Positions 12,939-23,274 of a DNA stretch of 64,000 nt are shown here, in pieces; position 1 is the first letter of the stretch; every line of letters starts with the position of its first letter. Below the pieces are notes generated by a model. It had not been told where the DNA came from and did no database searches. It saw nothing but the letters and a program-made list of their open reading frames with translations. This DNA comes from Spongospora subterranea f. sp. subterranea (taxonomy: Eukaryota), in contig JAUGWO010000042.1 in NCBI GenBank assembly GCA_049724395.1, positions 310,001 through 374,000 of the forward strand. The letters are read 5' to 3'. Both the position numbers and the translations under genes were made by a program.

Positions 12939-13562
12939 ATGACTCTCTTTCATTTCATTAACTGTGCTGCCCTTGCCGTTGGTCCACATGTTATTCTACA
13001 ACAGGCACAAGAACAGAACCGACGGTTGTCGTTGATGGGGTTCATGGCGTTCATCACGACACAGTTCCTTCGAATTGTTTTGGTTGCACCTATCATTGAT
13101 ATCGCACCAGCTGTTGTCTCACGATGCTGTGATATAGTTGGTTTTTATATCATAATCTCTGTTTTGGCACCTCGCAATCCTACAACACTTGCCATTTCGT
13201 GGTCGTTTGCAGATTCTTTTTGCTCCAATGCCCTTCATCAGTATCATCTGCTCCGCTCAAGTGAATTCGATTGGTCAACCTTCGGATTGGCATTGTTTTC
13301 GAACACTACCCTGTTTATAATTGTTAGCTTGGCTTTAAGCATAACAAGTCTTCGTCGCAGTCCAAAGAATCTGCCATCTTTTTGCTGTCTCGCATTCAGC
13401 GTTGGCATGTTCATATTCAGCCCTTCACTCATTTCGGTTGTCGACGATCGTCATCCTGTTCTTCCCCACACTATCATTATATTCGCTTCGTTAATAATGG
13501 TTATTTTGGCGAATATTGTTTATTCTGCAGTTGATGGATCCAATGTCAAGAAGGTCAAATAA
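12939..13562 (+). CDS. TMEM147: Transmembrane protein 147 (BOS complex subunit)
   Basis: Signature N-terminus MTLFHFINCAALA..P, AISWSFADS, EFDW; multi-TM 207-aa ORF. Confidence 0.85.
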   Translation: MTLFHFINCAALAVGPHVILQQAQEQNRRLSLMGFMAFITTQFLRIVLVAPIIDIAPAVVSRCCDIVGFYIIISVLAPRNPTTLAISWSFADSFCSNALHQYHLLRSSEFDWSTFGLALFSNTTLFIIVSLALSITSLRRSPKNLPSFCCLAFSVGMFIFSPSLISVVDDRHPVLPHTIIIFASLIMVILANIVYSAVDGSNVKKVK

Positions 13563-13752
13563 ATCAATCAATGTTCAAATTTGCACACATGATGACGCGT
13601 TAATATTCTGAATTGTACCTATTGCTGCATGGCAGTATTTCAAAACTGGAAGAGGTACGTAAACTTGTGGATATGTTGGTGCGAAGCTTGAATATACAAA
13701 ATGTTTGTAAAAATTATGTTTGCGTTGGGGCCACTTTTGCATTGCTCGTGAG

Positions 13753-14096
13753 CTCAGTTCAATCGTCACAATCAGGGGACAGGCTCGCAAGTGTTTTCGC
13801 TATATCGACAATTACTCGATGAAAATGGTCAATATCTTAGCATGAAGCAGGTGGGATTCGCTGCGAAAATATCGTTGACAACAATCAGTATCAAGCTTAT
13901 AATGGAAGAATGGTAAAACTTTTTGATATCAAACTGGATGACTGAAGATCTCTATTTGCAAATCGTTCAATTCGCATTATTCGAATCGATTTCCACCTGC
14001 TTCATGCTAAGATAAGACCATTTTCCATTGAGTAAGCGTTCATATAGCGAAAACCGTTGCTAGCGTGTTGACTGATTGTGGCTATGGAAACTGAGT
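13753..14096. mobile_element. MITE-like element with diverged ~110-bp inverted arms
   Basis: Left arm ..gaaaatggtcaatatcttagcatgaagcaggtgg.. (~13753-13860) is the reverse complement of ..ccacctgcttcatgctaagataagaccattttc.. (~13987-14096). Confidence 0.6.
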
Positions 14097-14469
14097 CAAA
14101 TGCCTCCTGGCAACATCGCTCCCAGGCCTTGGTATATTAGTGGCAGTATTGTCTCAATACCTTATCACTTGTCCCCAATACGTGTAATTGAAGTGAAAAT
14201 TTGAGAAACGGTTTCGGTGAGCCATTCATGTTGCTCCTGAAAGCCTGGTTGCTGACTAATAGGTTCCTGGCGCTTTTCAACAATAAACTGCTTGAAGGCC
14301 ACAAACCAACGCTCCTGTAAAATTATTCTGCAGCCTTTCTGCTACCCTTCTCCATTCACCATAACAGTGCTCGACTTTCACACCGTCTAAAAAGTGCCAT
14401 CCTGGACTTGTAAATTTTACGTTTTTTTTTCCACCATCGCTCATGTTTAAGCGGTTTGATACCAAAACA

Positions 14470-14878
14470 TCAAAGCAAATGCAAGGTGGTTGGCGGAATT
14501 ATCAGATTACGAGAGCAACCAGGATGTAGGAATTTAAACAGCGGCATCTTGCGATTTTTTGCTGGTCGCCTGGGTGGAGCGATTCTCGCTGAAATCAAGA
14601 GGTATCTGAAATGATTAATGTGATTGATACACGGTTCCCCACCCATGCTCCTCGTGTCCAGGCGAGAGGGCAGCCTCAGCGTACCGGTGAAACAACAGGA
14701 ACTGGGCAGTGTAATTCCATCCATATCCAGAAAAACCTATAAATGAGGCATAACCTATGCCGTTATTTTCACGTTCAAAACTCATGGCATCTGCCCAGAC
14801 TTTTACAGCAGAACCAACCGGTGTCGATTTCATTGGTGGCGAGCAGTGGGCTGCCCCGCAAAATACTGCAACTGACAA
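14470..14878 (-). mobile_element. Possible highly decayed Tc1/mariner-like transposase fragment
   Basis: SAVKVWADAMS..GIG resembles the Tc1 SVMVWGAIS..G motif; a later frameshifted stretch resembles FQQDNAPPH. Confidence 0.25.
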
Positions 14879-15134
14879 AATATGTGCGGCGCGGCCATGA
14901 CGTTGGTGGACAGTACAACACTGTCACAACAATTGCACGCACCGCTTCAGAGCCAGGGGCCCTTGGTTATGCGTTACAAACTGAGGGTCGTTGTGAGTTG
15001 TGACTCGCAAACAATATCCCGCTTTGGATATAGAGTTGAGGTGACTCCGGGGATATATAATACCATTGGTCACATTGGCATTGCTTGTGATAGTTTGAAT
15101 ATTTACAATAATCATATACTGATAACCATCAACA

Positions 15135-16302
15135 ATGATCCGCTCTTTAACCGGCGCCGGTTTCCGTATGTTTACCCGGGGTAGTGGCAAACGCTACCTT
15201 CAAACGACTCCAAGGAAAACTACTATGTTGAAGAATTTATTGTCAAGTCCGAATCTTGACTTTATTATGGAAGCGCATGACGGATTAAGTTCAAAAATTG
15301 TCGAAGAAGCTGGATTCAAAGGAATTTGGGGGTCAGGACTTTCAATTTCAGCATCAATGGGCGTTAGAGACAGTAATGAAGCTACATATACACAAGTTAG
15401 TCATGCCAGATTACTGTACGTTGCTGATTCGTTAATCAAGTTCCTAGGTTGTCGAAGTCCTTGAGTTCATGAGTGACGCAACCAAAATTCCAAGTAAGTG
15501 TCCATCAGCTGTCTGCAAACATGGCTAATCATTTCTTTGTTCAGTTCTTCTAGGTAAATATTCAAAACACACTTAATATTTTTTACAGATGTGATTTGCA
15601 GATGGCGACACAGGGTACGGTAATTTCAACAATGCTCGTCGGTTAGTGTCTAAGCTAGAGTCTCGTGGCATCGCTGGAGTATGTCTGGAGGATAAACTCT
15701 TTCCAAAGTCGAATTCTTTGTTATCTGATTCATTGCAACCTCTGGCCGACATCGAGGAGTTTTGCTTGAAAATTAAGGCTTGTAAGGACACCCAAAAAGA
15801 TCCAGACTTTCAAGTTGTTGCGCGTGTCGAGGCATTCATTGCTGGATGGGACGTGAACGAAGCATTGAAGCGCGCAGAAGCTTACAGAAATGCTGGCGTT
15901 GATGCAATTTTGATACACTCGAAACAGGATGACGGAGCTGAGATAACATCTTTCTTGGATGCTTGGGAGTAAGTTGCGCCATTTTTGAGACGGTGCTGGC
16001 AAAATTTATACAGTGTTTATAGAGCACGCCATCCAATTGTCTTGGTGCCTACAAATTATTATCAAATACCTACAAGCCATTGGCGCGAAAAAGGCGTCAA
16101 TCTGATCATCTGGGCTAATCATAACCTCAGGGCATCTATTGCAGCGCAGCAGGCGATATCTAAACAAGTTTTCGCAGAGCAATGTTTGAACAATGCTGAG
16201 GAAAGGATTTGCTCCGTCAAAGAAGTGTTTCGGTTGCAGAATCAGCATGAATTAACTGCTGCCGAAAAGAGATACCTCCCAAACGTAACGCGACGAGCTT
16301 GA
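15135..16302 (+). CDS. pepM: Phosphoenolpyruvate phosphomutase (PEP mutase), multi-exon, with a presequence-like N-terminal extension
   Basis: [50 protein letters not shown], diagnostic [31 protein letters not shown]. Confidence 0.95.
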
Positions 16303-16371
16303 TCAAACACAACTTGATAACAAAAAGGCAGTTATTGTATTAAACGACAACCAATTTGGCAATCCATAGAC

Positions 16372-19227
16372 TCATGAACCAGTAAGCGTACGACGATCCT
16401 CAAAGAAAATGGAATTCGACTGCCACTCAATGTCCCGTTTGAGATAGCTTAAAGCGGCAATGTTAAAACCAAGTAGATCTTTCTGTGCTCGTAACTGCTC
16501 CCGCATCCCTTGCTTTAATGAAGACAAAAGCGTGAGCATATCGTTAGATGCAATCATACGCTGATGGTGCAGCTGAATAAGAAACATTGCACATCGGACA
16601 CACAATTCCGTGCCGTCGTCTCCAGCACATATAATCTCCTCTAGCAAAACCATTAACCGTTTCGCGTATGCAAATGGCAGGACCATAAGAATAATATCCA
16701 GTTCGCTTGGGCGGGAGGCCCTTAAGACTTTCAGCAAAAAGGCAGAAGAAGGCAACCCCAATAACATTAGATGTGGAATATGCTTTTTCTTTGATAACGT
16801 TGCCTCAGCCAAGGCGGCTTTGTCAGCTTCAATAAAGTCAATTGCTTCCATTAACCGCTCACCGGTCTTTACGGTTCCAGTAGTTGTTACTTCAAGAGCA
16901 GGAACTGATTCAAACGTGCTAGGGTCCGGTAAGCCAGAATTGGGCAATGCTCCAATTTTTCCAGCAGGCTTAGCAATGGCAGCTTCTTCAAATGCCTCCT
17001 CGAGGCGATTTTCTCTTTCCACATCGAGAAAAACTGAAATCCCGAATAAATTAAAGATTAATCATAATACGCACAACAACCAACTTACTTTGTTGCTCCG
17101 TCTGCGACCACTTGCGGATGGATCTATCATTGCCAACGCTAACCAGCGTTTGGCCTGACTTGGAAACAGCAAGGCCCCAAATCTCCGAATGATGACCTTC
17201 AAGCGAAAATACATGCTCAAATTTATCAACATCCCAAAAACGGATCTGGCAGATTGACTCATGGTTAATGGCACAAATTCAAAACGTATGAATGCATTAC
17301 CTGTTTATCCTTGCTGCATGTGAAAACGTAGTGAGTGTCAGGCAAAAATTTTACAGACATAACACTGTCATCATGTGCAAGTAGAGATTTATGACAGTCG
17401 CCAAAATCGAGTCCCCAAATTTTCAAACTCTTGTCGGCACCTGCTGAGCAAAGCAGAGTGCCATCTGAACTAATATCCATGGACAGGACAGGAAGCTTGT
17501 GCCCATATAGAGACAAGAAAAACTTCAAAGAATCCTCATGAAAAACCTAATGGACGACTTTTTAGAATAATAACCAGAAATCTTGGAATGGTAAGGTACC
17601 TTGATTGTAGAGTCTAACAGAGATGCTGCAATATATTTACCGTTAGGGCTGAACTTCACGCACATGACATCATCGACCAAACGAAGAGTTCGTGTGTGGA
17701 CGAACCCAAGCGTCTTCTTCCTTTTTTTTGTCACTGTGTCTTCACTATCAACAAGTTCAAAAGCCCAGAACTTGACTTCTTTGTCTGCACCACCAGTGGC
17801 AAATCCGCAACCATTGGGGTGCATGTCCATTGACCAGACAGCCCCAGTGTGGGCCTTAACACGTTGGGTAATTTCAGCAGCCCCTATTGAATACAGTTCG
17901 AGATCACCAGTTTTAGTGCCAACGAGAACATGTTGATCTCCCGGAACAAAGGCGCAGCAAAGACCATATCCCGAAGATAACGTTCGAATAGACTTATGAC
18001 TCTGCAAGTTCCATACTTTGATAGAGCCATTGGAAACAGTTGCCTGAAAATCTGTGGATTAGTTAACACAAAAAACATCAATGAGGAACGCACCAAAACG
18101 GTTTCATCTCGACTAAGAGAAGCGGCACGGACGCCTCCTCTGTGCCCACCATCTTCTAGCATATGGCACGGGTGTAGCACTGTTGCTTCCGTGCTTAGTC
18201 CTTTTAGATTATAGACGTGAATGGCGTTGTTAGCTAGACCGATGGCGAACTTATTCGCAGAAAAGGCGAAGGATCTCTGATTACTCTCAGTACGAACTAT
18301 ATTTAAATGCTCGAGGGCATCTTTGGGCAATACTTGTGGGATCGCGGGAGCTGCATCGCAAATAGAATCATCGGATGGGCGGTTTTCCCTGGCTCTTTTC
18401 AACCTTCGAGTGATGTGTTTCTTCATGGCAGCTTCAGATCGCAACTGCCAGAGCTCCAATACCTTTCCGGTTCCCTGAACTCCAAGGAAATTTCCATGAA
18501 AGCGAACTTGACTGATCCTTGATGTGTCGTTACGTAAGATTGGGCCAATAAGCTTAACTTCATCTGCTTGAATTTCCCAAAGGTAAAGTTCCGCTTCACT
18601 TGCTCCTGAAACTAGATACTTCATCTGAGAATCGACATCCAAACTCCAAACTTCGTTCCGATGACCAGTAAGCGTCTGAACACAATGTTGCGTGTCCATT
18701 TCCCAGACTTTGATAAATGTGTCTTTGGAAGCGGATAGGAGTCGATTATTGACGAAGCAGATATCAGTGATGGCGGAGACATGTCCTCGTAGACGATATA
18801 ACCCCGTTTGACTAATGATATCCCATACGATGATATCGGTATCATTACTACCCGAACCCAGTCGAGACCCATCACTGCTCACTCGCAGACAGGTCACTCC
18901 TGATTTATGGCCATGCAGTGCCACCTTACACTGACCGGATCGGATATCCCATATGCGGATAGACCCGTCCGAATACCCAACCGCCACCTGGTTGTCGTCA
19001 GGGAACGCGGCGATCGCACTCACCGAGATTGGCTTCTTGCCTGGATTTTCCTTCGGGGGACAGAAGCTGGACACAAGAACACCCTGTTTCACATTCCAAA
19101 CTTGTAGCGCTTCAACTGCGCCGCAAATTGCCAATCTACCAGCTTTGTCAAGTATAACACTGCTTGATGGGCTAAAGATTACACCAAACGCAGCCGTTTG
19201 TTCATACCGTAAATAAGCTTTCACCAT
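16372..19227 (-). CDS. WDR3: WD-repeat protein 3 / U3 snoRNP protein Utp12 (Dip2), multi-exon
   Basis: N-terminus [13 protein letters not shown], many WD40 repeats, [28 protein letters not shown]-terminal Utp12 domain ([16 protein letters not shown]). Confidence 0.95.
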
Positions 19228-20677
19228 ATTCGGTTTTGACGCGAATTTGGCAGTGAAAAAGCAAACATCAGATTCTTCTTGTCGGAATCCGTCACGGACT
19301 TTTTGAAGTCCGTGAAATAAAAATGTATATCAGCTCAATTTATACAAGGAAAAAAGACCATTAAATTATCAATTATTCTGCTGGGGATATCAACTGCTCA
19401 GGTGCCGAGGAACCCATTGCTCTGGTAAAACTCTGCAGTACAACGGTGAAGTCAATGTAAGCTTGCGAATCGATGAGACTCTCTTCTTGTTCTTCCCTTA
19501 GAATCTGAACAAAGGTCTGATTGAATATACCTCTATTGCACGCGAATACTGATGGCGGCATTCTATCTTTAGTGGGAATAGTTCTGATTTGTTGATGCTC
19601 GTTGGCCTGGCGTACCTATACTCGCATTTTTGAATCACAATAATGAAATAATCGAATAGTGTGATACTTTCTCCATCACTGCGGCAATGTTTAAACCTGA
19701 TTCTCCCTCTGAACTATTACCATCTTGGCGGCATAAGGACTTAACTTGAGCATTATTGGATACAGACGACCTGTACGAGAAGTTTGCGAATTAGTAGGTG
19801 TATATGCTTAATCAATGTGAATTACGCTGAATGATCAAGGTTGCTATACGATCCATTTAATTTCCAAGGAATAACCGGCCTGTCTTTTGTCTCAGATGGC
19901 CTTTTGGACAATGAAGGGATACGCCTCGGCTTTGAGATCCGTACGCGCTGCATCAACGTCTTTACATCTTGCATGGGCTCAATCGATCCTATTCCGTGCC
20001 AGCGGCCCTCCCTACAAACCTAACGAAAGATATGCACGATGATGACATTAACAGTTTACCATCAAGAGCCAGTAGTGTTTGTCACCGTCTCATTAAGTCA
20101 CTATACTCTTGATAACAGCCAGTCATTGGACCAGGCAAGTGCTCGAGTAACAGAACTTGAGGTAATTTATCAACATTTTTGCAATGATTTCTTGAATATT
20201 TTTGATTTTTTCTTTACAGTAAAGACATGCACAACGTTATCAGCGATCGTGGTCCAAACATGGCAAAATCTGATTGCTATTTGTACGCTGTCGCAATAAA
20301 AGCAGGGCATGTTTATTAATCTATAAAAAAAAAGGAAAGGGTTCCTTTGAGTTAAGCATCATTACCATGCATTTACAGAGATGTGCTGGTATAGGAAAAG
20401 GGTGCAGAACACAGAATCAACCACATTGGACGAATGTCCGTTTACTGGAATTTCAATAAATGTCCTTCTTCGAATCCTGCAAGTTGCAATGAGTTGCGAC
20501 TTGTTTGAAGTTGCCACCAGTGATTCTCTCATTTCGCTTCACCGTTCCGATAGAGGGTACAGTGTCATCCCCGTCACGGCGCATTTTTTTGGTTCCACTT
20601 GGCTGATCTCTTGGTCTCAGCCCTTTGTGCAAACACGAGTCTGTGAGTGAGATATAGATAACCTGTGTCATCGGTCA

Positions 20678-21961
20678 GTGTGTGTCCCGCGTTATACGCC
20701 TTTATCGGTCACAGACGTATCTGCTCTATTGCTAGTTTACGCCGCCCCTACGTACTTCAATACGACGGTTGGTGTTCGTCAAATGGCGTCCCCTTCAGCT
20801 CCGCATTATCCTAACCATTTCCTTAGGAGTCCATCTACTTTGCCTAAAACCATGCAGGCCAGCTCCGCAATATTTGCCGATTTTGTTCGCAAGTTTTCGG
20901 AATTAGAAGAAGAAAACGCTGCTCTTAAGCAAAGCCTTCAATCGGAGAAAGATGCACATATTTCCACCAAAAACTTGCTATCAAGCGTCATGCAGCAGTT
21001 GCAATCTGATCCGGATCGTAAACCTCCTGGAGAATCCGGTATCAATGCTATACAGAATGCTGATATGAAGGAGTTTGCGCAAAAATCCATCGCTTTTTGT
21101 GATCAAATGAGGGCATTCGCATCCCATATTTTGAATCAAAGCCTAGTTCAAGATCCTGATCTTGCGGAAGTAAAGTCTGATTCTGCATCAGCTGATTCTA
21201 ATGAGAAAATAAGCTCTCCGGAAAGGAGCGAGCAGGCTGGAGCAGAAAAACCTGTTGATTCGGAACCTACATCTGATCATGAGGAAGCGCCGGGTGCACC
21301 TGGACAGGACGCATGGATTCCAGACTCTACTGCCAAATTTGATCCTGATAATAAGCATATTGAAGCCCAACTGCTTCGTTTGGAAAGAGATTTTGAGCGT
21401 TTGCTACGCGAGCACTCTAACAAGATTGAACTCAACTCGTTGTTTAGATTGTATTTCAGGCGATTTCATCGTGAGCCAACCGCGTTTCCAAATACGAGTT
21501 TAGAGGACACGATCCGGGCGTTTCCTGGTGGAATTATTCATATTGAGTCTACTGAACTGGGGCAGTTCGTTATACTACGCTCTTCGAAATGTCCATCACA
21601 GGAAAGAACATTCTCGCGGTCGGAAGTTCGTATATCTAGGCAGACTCGCCGTTCCCGAAGTCGTTCGCCGCGATCTTCTAGGAATGCTTCTCGAGGACGC
21701 TCGCGAAGTCAAGGTCGTGAGCGTTTTGTCCGTAATTTTTCAAAGTCCAATCGCGGCGAAGAAGGTCATCGCCCAACTCGTTCATTTTACCGATTTGCCC
21801 GGAGTCAGGACGGTTCTCTCGTCTGTATCTATTATAATTCTCGTACGTGCCCTAATAAGCCATGTAGCTATGCCCACATATGCGGTCAATGTGGAAAGTC
21901 ATCCCATGGCATGCGTACTTGTCCATCACTTCAACAAGATGGCAACAATATGACCTTATGA
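20678..21961 (+). CDS. Putative RNA-binding protein: coiled coil, LOTUS/OST-HTH-like segment, RS-rich tract and C-terminal CCCH/CCHC zinc fingers (likely ATG at 20783)
   Basis: Intronless 427-aa ORF; IELNSLFRLYFRRF..SLEDTIRAFPGGIIHI; SRSRSPRSSR; CIYYNSRTCPNKPCSYAHICGQCGKSSHGMRTC. Confidence 0.55.
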   Translation: MCVPRYTPLSVTDVSALLLVYAAPTYFNTTVGVRQMASPSAPHYPNHFLRSPSTLPKTMQASSAIFADFVRKFSELEEENAALKQSLQSEKDAHISTKNLLSSVMQQLQSDPDRKPPGESGINAIQNADMKEFAQKSIAFCDQMRAFASHILNQSLVQDPDLAEVKSDSASADSNEKISSPERSEQAGAEKPVDSEPTSDHEEAPGAPGQDAWIPDSTAKFDPDNKHIEAQLLRLERDFERLLREHSNKIELNSLFRLYFRRFHREPTAFPNTSLEDTIRAFPGGIIHIESTELGQFVILRSSKCPSQERTFSRSEVRISRQTRRSRSRSPRSSRNASRGRSRSQGRERFVRNFSKSNRGEEGHRPTRSFYRFARSQDGSLVCIYYNSRTCPNKPCSYAHICGQCGKSSHGMRTCPSLQQDGNNMTL

Positions 21962-23274
21962 AATATTGCCATTTTTTTATATCTGCCTTTCTCAAATGCC
22001 TTTTCTAAGAGGCACCAATTTGAATTTCAAAGGCGGGATTTACATCGAATGTGTTTGTTCACTTCATATTGTAAAGGTTGTGCGCCCAGTTGGAATCTTA
22101 TCCCAACCTTTTGTCTATCGTCTTATCTCGATTACAGTAGATTCTTCGGCCTTTCCCGTCTGCCTTGCTTCTCTGATTCCGATTATTTTCAATCCTGCAC
22201 AATCTGTTCAATGCGCGGTAATTTCTTGGCGATTTCTTTTATGGCTTGACCGCCCGATATTATGTGAAAAGGTAGCTGTGCTGTGTTTTAACGTGGCGCC
22301 TCCTTGGGGTTTTCTAGGACTTCTGAACCGCCTGATTGTTGTTCTGCAAGCGTATAAAATAGTGAGGCGCAGTTTAACTTTCGCAGCAATTCAGCTATTG
22401 TTGCTCGAAGAACCGGCTTCGTGAGTCGGTATGTAAATCATCCAGGATGTTATTCAATCCGTATACTTTCAATTTGTATCCATCGTTATCAGAATGCTCT
22501 GCCATCCACATCTCTATATGCCTTTGTCAGTAAATACTAGTTGCAATGCTCCAATTCAGGTATGGGAGACCGTTGCTGTCCCGTTGTCCAGTATTTGATC
22601 ACTAACTCGATTCATTGGGGAATAACTGTTTCCGTCCTGGTCGTTTTTTACCAGGGTGATCTGGAACACATAAATAGCCAATCGCGATTGTTGTTACTGT
22701 TGAGTCATGCTGTATGTCGGGCGCCTGTAATTGTTTTCGAATCGGGTTTTCGTCTCACAATGTCTCATTTCTCGAAGGATGCATCTTGTTCCCACTCGTT
22801 CACGAATCCACCCAAAACAAACCTGAACTTATCTTCGGCGTTAAGCCAGTTGGACACTCAGGCGACAAAACGAAAGCGTAAAGCAAAGAATGTCACAAGT
22901 TATCAATGCCCAGTCAAGTCTGATCACGATCATGATGAGGAAATGTCAGACAAGGTTAATGAGGATTCTTAACACTGCTTGAGGTTATAGACCCCAACTC
23001 GGCGTTTTTCAGTATTTGCCCGATCGCGCGTCCATGCTTGTTTACATTCCCAAATCATTCACCGATTTCAGATGATAATAAAGAACATTTTCTGTCGATC
23101 TGAACGCTTCCCCAGCACGTCGCCAAGGGATAGGTCCAGACTGCGAATTGACCAAAGGTCTGTGAAATTAATGCTCGAACCGGTTTGTGTCTACAACTTA
23201 TTCGAAGTAGTTTATATATTTAGCGGGTAATTATCCACTCTGAACAGACGACTTATTGGAGACGAAGACGGATA

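Noticed and set aside
16610..17158. Long antisense ORFs (e.g. 16610..17158 +, 52414..52908 +)
   Set aside because: Shadows of coding sequence on the opposite strand with no independent protein features
15135..19227. A phosphonate biosynthetic gene cluster around pepM
   Set aside because: Neighbours are TMEM147, transposon relics and WDR3; no decarboxylase, transaminase or nucleotidyltransferase seen
19373..20020. Ribosomal protein L4-like fragment (MLKLSPYA)
   Set aside because: Only a few residues match and the flanking frames do not resemble L4; possibly an unrecognised multi-exon gene, but unsupported
21966..22972. ORFs 21966..22424 and 22541..22972 as genes
   Set aside because: Non-ATG starts, no recognisable motifs or convincing splice structure
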